From positions 1 to 49,768 of IMG/VR virus record IMGVR_UViG_3300020045_001667: 49,768 bases of DNA, one strand, 5' to 3'. A program made the position numbers and the translations under genes. Shown here piece after piece: positions 27,273-36,606 of the stretch (its first letter is position 1; every line of letters starts with the position of its first letter). The notes beneath the pieces are model-generated. The model was not told the DNA's origin. It worked only from the letters and a program-made list of their open reading frames with translations, and ran no database searches. The stretch is from a virus. Lineage: Duplodnaviria > Caudoviricetes.

Positions 27273-28864
27273 TGTTGCGCGAGTACCAACAACGAGCAAT
27301 CGACCAGCTCTACGAATGGTTTGAATCAGGTAACGCTGGAAACCCATGCCTAGTCCTTCCAACGGGGTCAGGAAAGTCTCACATCATCGCCGCACTGGCG
27401 AAAGATGCCATCCAATCATGGCCCGGTACGCGGGTATTGATGTTGACGCACAGCAAGGAATTAATCTCGCAAAATGCTGAAAAAATGCGACAGCATTGGC
27501 CTAATGCGCCAATGGGCATCTATTCGGCAAGCCTTCGCCGGTATTGCCTGACTGAACCTATCGTCTTTGCAGGCATACAAAGCGTGGCGAAACGTGGCAA
27601 CCAGATCGGGCATATTGACCTGTGCATTGTGGATGAATGCCACTCAATCAGCCCAACTGGCGAAGGTGCTTATCGTGAGCTAATAAATGACCTAATGGCC
27701 ATCAACCCAGACATGCGCGTCATTGGATTGACTGCCAGCCCGTACCGGCTAGGTCACGGGATGATAACGGAAGGCGAGCACGTCCTATTTGCAGACTTGA
27801 TCGAGCCAGTTTCAATCGAGGAGCTAATCACAAGTGGGTATTTATCGCCACTGCGAAGCAAACACACCAGCTTAATGCTAAGCACGCAAGGCGTGACAAA
27901 GTCAGCGGGCGAGTTTGTTGGTAAGTCTTTGGAGCTTGCCGTCAATACCCTTGACAACAACGCCCGCGCCGTACACGAGACAATAGAACGCGCTAGAGAT
28001 CGTAAAAGCTGGATTGTGTTTTGTGCAGGCGTACAGCACAGCCTAGACGTGCGCGACATGCTACGCGATAACGGCATAAGCGCAGAAGCCGTGACGGGAC
28101 AAACGCCATCAGCAGAGCGCGACAGAATCCTAAACGATTTCAAGGCGGGGCGTATTCAAGCCGTGACCAATTGCGCCGTGCTGACGACTGGTTTTGATGC
28201 GCCTAGCATTGATTGCATTGTCATGCTTCGACCCACCCTTTCGGCTGCGCTTTTCTATCAAATGAGCGGGCGCGGATTGCGGATTGCAGAAGGTAAAACA
28301 GACTGCATGGTTCTAGACTTCGCCGGTAACGTAGCAACCCACGGCCCAATAACCCAGATCACACCCCCTGGACGCAAGCGCAAAGGCGAAGGCGTAGCCC
28401 CAACTAAAACATGCCAAAACTGTGACGAAATATGTGCAGCTAACGCCAGACAATGCCAGTGCGGACACGAGTTCCCAGAGCCTGAAAAGCTGGAGAAAAC
28501 CGTTTACTTACGCGGGGATGACATCATGGGCCTAGAGCCCACAGAGTTACCCGTGACAGAATGGCACTGGAAAAAGCACACCAGCCGCACAAGTGGCCTA
28601 GAGATGATGATGGTAAAGTATTACAGCGGCTTAAATGGCCCCATAATCTCGGAGTACTTCCCGACTCAGCACGAAAACTATGCGGGAACCAAGGCCCGTC
28701 AAATGGTGGCTACACTGGCTCGTAAATCTGGCGTAGCGTCACTAGAAGACTTAGACGAAACCGTAAAACAACTTAACCAAGGAACGCCCCCAAACATGAT
28801 TTCATATCGCAAAGAAGGTAAGTTTTTTCGTGTTATTGATCGTGTTTGGAGTGCAGCAGAATGA
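27272..28864 (+). CDS. SF2 DNA helicase (RadD/UvsW-like) with Zn finger
   Basis: LREYQ, PTGSGKS, DECH, TASP, QMSGRGLR, CxxC...CxC. Confidence 0.9.
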   Translation: MLREYQQRAIDQLYEWFESGNAGNPCLVLPTGSGKSHIIAALAKDAIQSWPGTRVLMLTHSKELISQNAEKMRQHWPNAPMGIYSASLRRYCLTEPIVFAGIQSVAKRGNQIGHIDLCIVDECHSISPTGEGAYRELINDLMAINPDMRVIGLTASPYRLGHGMITEGEHVLFADLIEPVSIEELITSGYLSPLRSKHTSLMLSTQGVTKSAGEFVGKSLELAVNTLDNNARAVHETIERARDRKSWIVFCAGVQHSLDVRDMLRDNGISAEAVTGQTPSAERDRILNDFKAGRIQAVTNCAVLTTGFDAPSIDCIVMLRPTLSAALFYQMSGRGLRIAEGKTDCMVLDFAGNVATHGPITQITPPGRKRKGEGVAPTKTCQNCDEICAANARQCQCGHEFPEPEKLEKTVYLRGDDIMGLEPTELPVTEWHWKKHTSRTSGLEMMMVKYYSGLNGPIISEYFPTQHENYAGTKARQMVATLARKSGVASLEDLDETVKQLNQGTPPNMISYRKEGKFFRVIDRVWSAAE

Positions 28865-29031
28865 TGACCAAAAAAGAACAACTCCAACTAGACACGCTGA
28901 AAGCGCAGATAGAAGCTGAGAAAGAAAGATCAGAAAAAGCAATGCAGGCTTACAAAGATATGCTTTATGAGTTAGTTGATTTGAAGGTTAAGCTATCACG
29001 AATTGAAGCCGTTTTAAGGGGTGAGGAGTGA
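28861..29031 (+). CDS. small coiled-coil protein
   Basis: ATGA overlap with the helicase stop. Confidence 0.55.
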   Translation: MMTKKEQLQLDTLKAQIEAEKERSEKAMQAYKDMLYELVDLKVKLSRIEAVLRGEE

Positions 29032-29495
29032 CTATTTATATAGCCGTTGACCCCGGCCTAGTAAGTGGAGCATGGGCCGCCATAGACCACGATGGCGCGT
29101 TTGTATCGTGCGGCGACATTGCCAACAATGGCGAGCGCATATGGCCACGAATGCTAAAAATATCACTGCAAGAAGTTATTAGAAACCACGGGAACGACGC
29201 TGAATTTGTGATTGAAAGCGTATTCGTCCGGCCAGGCCAGGGTATGTCAAGCACTGGAAAGTTTATGCGAGCGTGTGGCGCTATTGAGACTGTAGTTGAC
29301 TTGCTGATGTACCCGTATGAGCTTGTAACCCCTCAAAAGTGGAAAAAGCACCACGGCTTAATCGGAACAGAAAAGAAAGCAAGCCTAGCACTGGCTCGCA
29401 CCAAGTGGCCTACAGCACCATTAAAGCTAGTCAAGCACCACGGACGGGCCGACGCTTTGCTAATTGCTGAATGGCTGTGGCATGAAAATAATTAG
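29028..29495 (+). CDS. RuvC-like Holliday junction resolvase
   Basis: IAVDPG, VIE, VTPQKWKK, ADALLIA. Confidence 0.85.
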   Translation: MTIYIAVDPGLVSGAWAAIDHDGAFVSCGDIANNGERIWPRMLKISLQEVIRNHGNDAEFVIESVFVRPGQGMSSTGKFMRACGAIETVVDLLMYPYELVTPQKWKKHHGLIGTEKKASLALARTKWPTAPLKLVKHHGRADALLIAEWLWHENN

Positions 29496-29561
29496 AGATT
29501 GTGGCGCAAAGTGTTTAAAGTGAGCTACAATTGAGGCTCAACAACACAACCGGAGATAAAA

Positions 29562-30619
29562 ATGCAAACAACATTTCACAAAATTCACGCAGTAACACAC
29601 AAGCAGCATGAAGTTGACTACTGGGCAGGATTTGAAGCCGTCGCCCTTGAAGTCCGTGAAATGGGCTTTGAAGCTGCACGCGACAAGTTAAATATGGATA
29701 ATCCGCAAGCATCAAATCCAAAGTCACTTGGAGCTTACTATTATGCAAAAGGCGGATGTCATGCTCTTTTGGAAAATCAAAAATGAATAAACATAATTCA
29801 GAGTATGAAAGAGGATTTGACGATGGATTTATTTTAAGAAAAGAAAAATCACAGAAGCAAATTCCAATGACGGATATGGAGATATACACGGCATTTGCTT
29901 CAATAACTGAAAATCCTGAACCAGCAAGTGAAATCATCAATGATAAGGACTGGCATAAAATCGTTGATATTGTTCGATGCATAGAAACTCATCATGGAAT
30001 AACAAAATGATCTCAATCAACAACTTCTGCAACAGAGACCCGGTTGAAATACATATCCAAAACCATGATACGTGTGGTAACTTGGTAATCCTTATTCAAT
30101 ACGTAGGTTCTATGCGTTTCCAGCATTCAATGACACCAGCACAAGCCCGTGAAATGGCAGCGGCTTTGATTCAATCAGCTAACAAATTGGAGAATGAAGA
30201 ATGAACTATATTTTTGCTTTTGACGGTGGCGAGTTGGATTGCGAACTTGAATACGAACCAGAATGTCTCGGTAGCCGTGAGTTCGGAACTGGTTTGCAAA
30301 TGGAACCAGACGAGCCAGAGAATGCAATTCTTATCACGGCAAAGATCAACGGCGTTGATATCGCAGAATTGCTGTCTGAAGACATCATTGGATTGATTGA
30401 ATCAAAGGCGCTTGCAAAATGACCGACAAAGAAACCTACGAATCTGCATTGAGAACCAAAGTTCAGATTGAAGACTATCTGAATCAAAAACGCTGTTTCG
30501 ACTGCGATAACTTGGACAAGATCAATGGCAACGTTTGCAAGTTTAACGGCGGCGTACCCGATGAATATTTGTATTCAACAAACGAATGCGAAGATTGGCA
30601 CTTCATTGTCCCGTTCTAA
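29562..30619 (+). CDS. run of five small hypothetical genes (29562-29786, 29783-30010, 30007-30204, 30201-30422, 30419-30619)
   Basis: ATGA-coupled chain behind promoter GCTACAAT at 29524. Confidence 0.6.
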
Positions 30620-30655
30620 CTGTGCTACAATAAACCATCACAACAAGGAAACAAA

Positions 30656-30826
30656 ATGAACACACGTAAATTCTCCCGCACAATGGACGAAGCCTTTCCA
30701 TTCGGACCGTCCTACGGTTGCGCCATTGAAAAACCAAGCCGCACAGAGCATACGCTTGATTACGTCTTAGCTTGCGCAGTTGGTGTTTTGATGGCCTATG
30801 GAATGATTGCTTACTTCACATTATGA
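30656..30826 (+). CDS. 56-aa protein with a C-terminal TM helix (MNTRKFSRTMDEAFP...), not in the ORF track
   Basis: Hand-translated; AAGGA SD; promoter TGCTACAAT at 30623. Confidence 0.65.
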   Translation: MNTRKFSRTMDEAFPFGPSYGCAIEKPSRTEHTLDYVLACAVGVLMAYGMIAYFTL

Positions 30827-31002
30827 GCAAATCAGCAACTACAAAATACCCGACTCTGCGCGTCCGAGTCAGCCAGGCCATGTACGAAAAAGCCTACCGA
30901 ACCGGATGGCCGGAGTCAGTAAAAGAGTTTATCAACAACACCAAGGAATCGAAAAATGACAACCAAAAAGAAACCACAAAAAGCACCATCGCAGCAGATT
31001 AA
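30823..31002 (+). CDS. possible ribbon-helix-helix protein (start 30823)
   Basis: ATGA overlap; PTLRVRVS--MY strand-helix pattern. Confidence 0.45.
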   Translation: MSKSATTKYPTLRVRVSQAMYEKAYRTGWPESVKEFINNTKESKNDNQKETTKSTIAAD

Positions 31003-31168
31003 CAAAATGGCTGGATTGTATGACGGCGCAGAACTTCGCCCGTTTGATGGTCGGCCTGGCTCTATGGATGCGTTTGATAAACCTAGCCTAGTTGGATTAC
31101 AGCGAGTAAAGCACAAGCCAATGGTGGGAATGACAAGCAGCGCACGAACACCTTTTTACACGCTGTAA
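30956..31168 (+). CDS. hypothetical protein
   Basis: YDG-EL----RPGS-DA---PS motif; AAGGA SD. Confidence 0.6.
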   Translation: MTTKKKPQKAPSQQINKMAGLYDGAELRPFDGRPGSMDAFDKPSLVGLQRVKHKPMVGMTSSARTPFYTL

Positions 31169-31170
31169 TC

Positions 31171-31584
31171 ATGCGTAAAAAATGCAAACGTAAGCATTGG
31201 AACTTGCTTAACCCGATCACTCACGCCATCGAAGGCGCTTGCATTGCGAGTGATGAAATCATCAAAGAATTGCGCGAAGCCGAAAAGCTGATGATTGAAT
31301 CCATCGTTAACAGCACAAGCCAAAGCCTAAACGGCTACAGAGGGCTTTGCGAGATGCTTGGAGTGGCTGAAACGATGGCGCGTAACAACATCGGACCCGA
31401 AGTATTGCCAGCATGCGAAGTGGCTCAAAAGGCTCTAATTAGCCTTAAGACAAGGTTTGAGAAGTGGCATAAATGGGATATTACACCTACCGAGTTACAC
31501 GCCTTGACAGAGTTGTCAGAATGGCATGATTTACAAAGATGCAGTATTTCACGCGGTGAATATTCCAACTTTCTAAAGAAATAA
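31171..31584 (+). CDS. hypothetical protein, possibly with a premature stop (frame continues to 31629)
   Basis: MRKKCKRK-W-L-NPI-HAI-GA; see findings. Confidence 0.65.
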   Translation: MRKKCKRKHWNLLNPITHAIEGACIASDEIIKELREAEKLMIESIVNSTSQSLNGYRGLCEMLGVAETMARNNIGPEVLPACEVAQKALISLKTRFEKWHKWDITPTELHALTELSEWHDLQRCSISRGEYSNFLKK

Positions 31585-31625
31585 ACAGACAGAATGCGTA
31601 GTCGTGCGCCTGAAGTTGTAGAACT

Positions 31626-31799
31626 GTGAAATGCTTCAAATGCGGAAGGTCATTGAAGTCTGGCACAAAGCATTTTTACCTAGATGGCAAGCCAATCGGA
31701 CCTACGTGCTACGAAGCACTAGGACAGAAGCCACAAAGCAAAGTCACTAACAAAGTGATTATTAACGATCAACCGGATTTATTTAAGGAAATGAAATGA
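31626..31799 (+). CDS. 57-aa Zn-finger protein (C--CGR-L...GP-C), not in the ORF track
   Basis: Hand-translated from GTG 31626; ATGA overlap with thyX. Confidence 0.65.
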   Translation: MKCFKCGRSLKSGTKHFYLDGKPIGPTCYEALGQKPQSKVTNKVIINDQPDLFKEMK

Positions 31800-32440
31800 A
31801 AGTAACACTACGATGGGCAACGCCAGACATTGATAAAGAAATCGCTTACGAGGCTCGCATTAGCAGTGATAACCGCGATAACCCGAGCATTGCAGGACTT
31901 CTTAACTACTGCATGCGTGAGGGCCATGTAAGCCCATTTGACATGGCAAATGTATGCCTTGAGATTGACACGACGCGAGACATTGGACGCCAGATTTTGC
32001 GCCATTCGTCAATCAAGTTTCAAGAGTTTAGCCAACGCTACCAAGACGTTAATATTTTGCCTGACGCGCCACTTCGAGAGTGCCGTTTGCAGGACGTTAA
32101 AAACCGTCAAAATAGCATTGAGATTAAGCCATACGAGAATGAAGGCTTGGTTCGATGGTGGGATGAGTCTCAAATTACTGTAATTGAATTGGCAACACGC
32201 GCTTACGAAATGGCCTTGAAGTCAGGCATCGCAAAAGAACAAGCCAGAGCACTATTGCCTGAAGGTTTGACGCCTAGCCGAATGGATTGCAATGGAACCA
32301 TGCGAAGCTGGATTTTCTACCTTAAGCAGCGGTTGCACGAATCAACACAAAAAGAACACCGCCTGATTGCTCAAGAAGTCCTAGCTATTTTGCGCACTGT
32401 TGCGCCCGTCACGATGATGGCATTTTTCCCGGAGGAGTGA
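31796..32440 (+). CDS. thyX: flavin-dependent thymidylate synthase
   Basis: GH-SPF, R----QILRH-S--FQEFSQRY, AKEQAR--LP, R-W--Y---R-----Q-EHR. Confidence 0.9.
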   Translation: MKVTLRWATPDIDKEIAYEARISSDNRDNPSIAGLLNYCMREGHVSPFDMANVCLEIDTTRDIGRQILRHSSIKFQEFSQRYQDVNILPDAPLRECRLQDVKNRQNSIEIKPYENEGLVRWWDESQITVIELATRAYEMALKSGIAKEQARALLPEGLTPSRMDCNGTMRSWIFYLKQRLHESTQKEHRLIAQEVLAILRTVAPVTMMAFFPEE

Positions 32441-32442
32441 AA

Positions 32443-32789
32443 ATGATAGATAAAGTTTATATCGTAGTAAAAACACAGAGCAACTTTTACGAAAGTGAGT
32501 TAGTTGGAATTGATTGTGTTTTTGAATTCAAATATGAAGCTAAAAAATACATTGATGAAAAAAATTCACGGTCTAAATACATTCGTTACGTGATTAAAAC
32601 AAAGGATGTGAAATGAAATTACCACCACTACCAGAAAAAATAGTAATCGACACGCATAAGCCAAGCGGTTACAAAATCAGAGGCTACGATGAAGCTGAAA
32701 TGCTGCTTTACGGCCTATCATGCCGCGACGCCGTTCTCAACGAAATCAAAGACAAGATTGAAGCCATGAAAAATGCAAACAGCCATTAG
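32443..32789 (+). CDS. two small coupled ORFs (32443-32616; 32613-32789), not in the ORF track
   Basis: Hand-translated; GGAGG SD and ATGA overlap. Confidence 0.55.
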
Positions 32790-32979
32790 CAGCGATGGTG
32801 CAGCCGTAGTAAACCATGCGGCCCACTGGATGCCTATAAATGACAGCACTCCACGTGGTGTAAAAATGATGCTAATCAGTGATAAATACGGCATTGCACA
32901 GATAAGCATTTACTCACCAACCGATAAATATTTCACCCACTGGCACCCGTTGCCAACATTCAAAAAGGAAAACAAATGA
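32773..32979 (+). CDS. hypothetical protein (W-PI...P-G...THW-PLP family)
   Basis: DUF551-like motif. Confidence 0.6.
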   Translation: MQTAISSDGAAVVNHAAHWMPINDSTPRGVKMMLISDKYGIAQISIYSPTDKYFTHWHPLPTFKKENK

Positions 32980-33284
32980 GCTTTGAGCAAACAGAAAAAC
33001 AGGTTATCAAATGGGCAGAAGATCGTAAGATTTTGCCAAATTCCACCAGTCAAACCCAGCTACTGAAAACCATGTCTGAACTTGGTGAGTTGGCCGACGC
33101 AATCATCAAAGGCGACCGCGCTGGCATCATTGATGGCCTAGGTGACGTGCTTGTGACATTGATTATCGTTGCAGCCAAAGAAGACCTTAATTTAGTCGCT
33201 TGCCTTGAATGTGCTTACGATGAGATCAAGGACAGGACGGGAACGATGATGCCTAATGGGGTGTTTGTGAAGGATGGCAAATGA
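32976..33284 (+). CDS. MazG-like nucleotide pyrophosphohydrolase
   Basis: W-EDR...K--SE-GELA...D-LGD-LVTL...AY-EIKDR-G. Confidence 0.85.
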   Translation: MSFEQTEKQVIKWAEDRKILPNSTSQTQLLKTMSELGELADAIIKGDRAGIIDGLGDVLVTLIIVAAKEDLNLVACLECAYDEIKDRTGTMMPNGVFVKDGK

Positions 33285-33493
33285 GTAATTATGTATCTGT
33301 AACAATTGATGTTGATATTTCTGAGTTTGATGACGAAGACCTAATTAGCGAGATTGAAAGCCGAAGTATTGGTGCGTTTGACATTAAATACGAATTGACT
33401 GAAATGTTCTACGCCTTCAAACTTGGAAAGCAAGATAGAGCAATGGAAATTGCAAAGCAAATTTCATCAAACCATATGGGGATGATTTTGTAA
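33281..33493 (+). CDS. hypothetical protein
   Basis: ATGA overlap; last gene before the terminator. Confidence 0.6.
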   Translation: MSNYVSVTIDVDISEFDDEDLISEIESRSIGAFDIKYELTEMFYAFKLGKQDRAMEIAKQISSNHMGMIL

Positions 33494-33498
33494 ACAAG

Positions 33499-33521
33499 AA
33501 ACCCGCACTAGGCGGGTTTTT
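33499..33521. terminator. bidirectional terminator between the early and late arms
   Basis: AAACCCGC-N5-GCGGGTTTTT. Confidence 0.8.
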
Positions 33522-33522
33522 C

Positions 33523-34044
33523 TTATTTTGAAGGCTTGAAGCTTTCTATTCCCTTTCCAATCTGGCGAAGGCCAGCGTAAGCCCACGGCAAAGCAAGCAA
33601 CAGCATCAAAACTTCAACTGATGGCGCGTCTTTGGTGAATACATAAACCAATGCAGCCGACAGACTAAGCCATGATTGTGCCGGTCTAGTTCTCCTGACA
33701 AATACATCTTCAGCGGCGTCCCCGGACTGAATTGTTTTTTGTGTTGTTTCATGCTCGGCTTGTTTGTCTTCAAGCTCTTGTTTGTGCATTACTCTGATGT
33801 GCTCACGAATGCTTGCATCATCTTGTATAGCTAGTTCACGCAATCGGATAACAGTTGCTGGATTTGTCTGTAATGCCTCAAGTGCATCAGTTGCGTTATT
33901 CGTGCCAGTTGCGCTTGAAACAAGAGCAACGCCAGCCGCTACAGCACCATGAATATTTCCGGTAATTAGTGACCCAACAAGAGCGGCGCCAGTCCCCGCA
34001 TTTCCTTTTAGCCAATCTCCTACATCAGACCAGTTCATTTCCAT
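33523..34044 (-). CDS. holin-like protein (3TM/GTA-holin type)
   Basis: Next to the endolysin; D-FVRR-RP followed by TM segments and Y-G-R. Confidence 0.6.
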   Translation of the reverse strand: MEMNWSDVGDWLKGNAGTGAALVGSLITGNIHGAVAAGVALVSSATGTNNATDALEALQTNPATVIRLRELAIQDDASIREHIRVMHKQELEDKQAEHETTQKTIQSGDAAEDVFVRRTRPAQSWLSLSAALVYVFTKDAPSVEVLMLLLALPWAYAGLRQIGKGIESFKPSK

Positions 34045-34047
34045 GAT

Positions 34048-34527
34048 CTAAGCCTCTTTTAGAATGGCAGCAACACGACGCGCCCAACCACGACCAAACG
34101 AATCCCAGTTGTTTCTGTCAGCCATGAATGCAAGTCTATAACCATTGAATCGCGCCAACGTAGCACGCGGATCATTGAAATTAACAGTGCCAAGTGTTAC
34201 AGGCCCAATTTGTCCATCATCAGCGATATTTAATGACCTTTGAAGCCACTTAATTGATTGTCCTACGCCAGAGTTAACGGCTGCATCAAAGACGCTGTAA
34301 CGCAGTACTTCAGGCAGTTGATCGGCACGCATTGGCGTCCAGTACAAAGTTCGGTAAATGGCTTTGGCTTTATCCAGTGGCAAGTCGTGCATATCACCAA
34401 CATAACCAGCCTCACGCGCCACGGCTTCAGTTACACCAAAGTTAGTCGCGCCGCCCTTGTCATCTTTGTGATTGACGTACCCGCCTTCGTGTCCCATAAG
34501 CTTTTCAAATGCAACATCAAAGTTCAT
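34048..34527 (-). CDS. endolysin, glycoside hydrolase 108 + PG_binding_3
   Basis: HEGGYVNH-DD-GG-TN-GVT, FD-AVNSG, DG-IGP-T, F-RGW--R. Confidence 0.9.
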   Translation of the reverse strand: MNFDVAFEKLMGHEGGYVNHKDDKGGATNFGVTEAVAREAGYVGDMHDLPLDKAKAIYRTLYWTPMRADQLPEVLRYSVFDAAVNSGVGQSIKWLQRSLNIADDGQIGPVTLGTVNFNDPRATLARFNGYRLAFMADRNNWDSFGRGWARRVAAILKEA

Positions 34528-34581
34528 TTTTAATTCGCTTCCATTCGTTTTCTAGCCAATAAGCCATAACAACCCAGCACA

Positions 34582-34821
34582 TCATTTGTCAGCCTTTCCA
34601 GCGAGTGTATGTTTTATCTCAAGCAAGCTATCCATGACTGGTTTTAGCGCGTCCTGTAGGCGGTCGTATCGCACGTAGTCGCGTGTCAACTGAACCTCTA
34701 GGGTACTCAAGTCTTTGCGAAGGGCTTGCATGGCAGAATACATCTCTCTTGCAAGCCATCCCAATACGGTGCATGACAACCCCAAAACAGCCATGAAAAT
34801 TTGTTCAATACTCACGAGCAA
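34582..34821 (-). CDS. small TM + coiled-coil protein (holin/antiholin candidate)
   Basis: N-terminal TM, YV--D, KADK end; upstream of the endolysin. Confidence 0.55.
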   Translation of the reverse strand: MLVSIEQIFMAVLGLSCTVLGWLAREMYSAMQALRKDLSTLEVQLTRDYVRYDRLQDALKPVMDSLLEIKHTLAGKADK

Positions 34822-35159
34822 TGGCCTTCTGGGTTTGGGTCGAATGGGTCAAGCAAGTGACTGCAAATAATGCGTGCGTGCTTTTGATTGCGGCCAGGTG
34901 GCCCCGCGATGTAACGCTGCAAACGGTCTGTTACAAGCTCACCAAATGACCTGGGCCACTCACCAAACCAAACGACTGCAATGGTGAAATTAATCAACCA
35001 GTCAAGCAAATAGCCAACTACTAAAGCTGGCGAGCCAAGCACCTTAGCTGGCGTGCTTAGGCGACCAAGCAAGTGCGCCCGGTACAAGCCCATTACGATC
35101 AGGTAGAGATACCATAGAGCCCACAATGCAAGCGCTGATAATGCGATTGGGTAAATCAT
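34812..35159 (-). CDS. membrane-associated hypothetical protein
   Basis: Two hydrophobic segments; T-RL-RY...IC--LLDPFDP---HC. Confidence 0.6.
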   Translation of the reverse strand: MIYPIALSALALWALWYLYLIVMGLYRAHLLGRLSTPAKVLGSPALVVGYLLDWLINFTIAVVWFGEWPRSFGELVTDRLQRYIAGPPGRNQKHARIICSHLLDPFDPNPEGHCS

Positions 35160-35542
35160 GTCATCGCAGTCAAAATATCAAGCTTGCGAGCTGGAGTCAG
35201 TAGATCCAACTGCACCAGCACGTCCAGCCCTTGCTCAGTGCGAGGGTCGGCAAGCGTGATGTACTCAGCCGCGAGCATCTTGTCGTACCAGAGCTTTACT
35301 TGGGCGCTTTGCATCGTGGCCGTTACAACTGCTAGTTGCTCGGAATCGGTGAAAAGGTCGAGGTATGAGAGGCTAGAGAGTTTCCTTGGTGTTGCGGGTG
35401 GCAGAGGGTCAGCGGGCTCTGGAGTATTGCCTTCTGAAAGCCATTGCGCAATCTCCGATACTAAGCAGGATTCACTAAATCCGGCAGCATTCGTTCGTAC
35501 TACAACTTTATTAGTTGTATCAGCGTATTTCCAGTTACTCAT
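35156..35542 (-). CDS. tail fibre assembly chaperone
   Basis: WL-EGNTPEPAD motif; follows the fibre gene. Confidence 0.65.
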   Translation of the reverse strand: MSNWKYADTTNKVVVRTNAAGFSESCLVSEIAQWLSEGNTPEPADPLPPATPRKLSSLSYLDLFTDSEQLAVVTATMQSAQVKLWYDKMLAAEYITLADPRTEQGLDVLVQLDLLTPARKLDILTAMT

Positions 35543-36606
35543 AGTTCACACCCCGTAAAAAGAAGTTTTCCACCAACGTTGTTGAAATAAAATAGCAGTG
35601 AGCGCCCCTGTATCCATCCGGACCCAGTCAAATTAACAAACGCCGCAAATGTATTTGCCTCACCAAAAACAATAGAGGAAAGTACGGGTGTTGCGTTGCT
35701 GTCGGATGCAGTGAAGTGGTTTGGATTCGACGCTGTGAGTCCCGTAGGAGGAACCCTTGATGTGACTGGGAAGTTAACTACCGCAACGGCGCTGGTTGCT
35801 GTAGCGATTATTCCTGACGCTGGCAAAGGATTAGAGGCCGCACCAGAACTATTAATCGCAGGCAAGTATCTTTGACACAACGCAAACTCCATCCCATAAG
35901 GACGTTGCTCGAATTCCGTGGCTACAGTTCCGAGTTCAAGCTGAACATTTGCAACCGTTCCTGGCCCGAATTCAATTGTCGTATTGGTGCCGCCAGTAAT
36001 TGATCCAGTAACGCCTGGAGCAGATAATGACCCTGCGCCAATTTTCCCCTGAGCCGTGCCATCCCAGCTTAGTGTGTAAGTACCGCTTTGTAGGTTTAGT
36101 CCTTCAATTACTTGGCGAAGCACCTTCCCAGCAGGGATTGTGATAGTCGTCTTGTTTACTGTTGTACTGAATGTGTAGGTGTCAGCACTCGCTGCCATTT
36201 TCCATCGGTCATGCGCGTAAAGCACAGTTCCAACAGCCGAACCTGATGCATAATCCCGCTGATTTACAACGAAGCCGCCGTTGATAATCTTGTTTCTCAA
36301 CCCGCCAAGCTGCCCGCCATTGATGCTTGTGATTGAACCAAGCGAAGTGATGTCCGCGTTGGCACCAGAGGCCGCAAATCCGTTTGAAAAAACTAATTTA
36401 GCAACACTTTTTTCAGTTGTACCCTGGCGAACTAAAAATAGATCAGCATCATTAAGCGAAGTTGCAGCCGTCAAATCAGCCAAAGAAACCTTTGTTGCTG
36501 CCAACTTACTGATAATAGTTGGCTCACTCGAAGCAAGCGACAAAATAGCAGCTTGCTGCGCGATTAATGCCCTTAGCTGAGCCTCTTCAGTCGTGTTCAA
36601 ACTCAT
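35539..36606 (-). CDS. tail fibre protein
   Basis: ASGAN-DITSL, RNKIING-F-VNQR, DRW, VQLE-G-VAT-FE-RPYG-E-ALCQRY. Confidence 0.8.
   Translation of the reverse strand: MSLNTTEEAQLRALIAQQAAILSLASSEPTIISKLAATKVSLADLTAATSLNDADLFLVRQGTTEKSVAKLVFSNGFAASGANADITSLGSITSINGGQLGGLRNKIINGGFVVNQRDYASGSAVGTVLYAHDRWKMAASADTYTFSTTVNKTTITIPAGKVLRQVIEGLNLQSGTYTLSWDGTAQGKIGAGSLSAPGVTGSITGGTNTTIEFGPGTVANVQLELGTVATEFEQRPYGMEFALCQRYLPAINSSGAASNPLPASGIIATATSAVAVVNFPVTSRVPPTGLTASNPNHFTASDSNATPVLSSIVFGEANTFAAFVNLTGSGWIQGRSLLFYFNNVGGKLLFTGCEL

Noticed and set aside
31582-31584. Genome-wide stop-codon reassignment
   Set aside because: Nearly all genes are intact under code 11 and use TAA, TAG and TGA as normal stops; there is no suppressor tRNA.
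35539-36606. DGR or invertible tail-fibre system
   Set aside because: No reverse transcriptase, invertase or duplicated variable repeat was seen.
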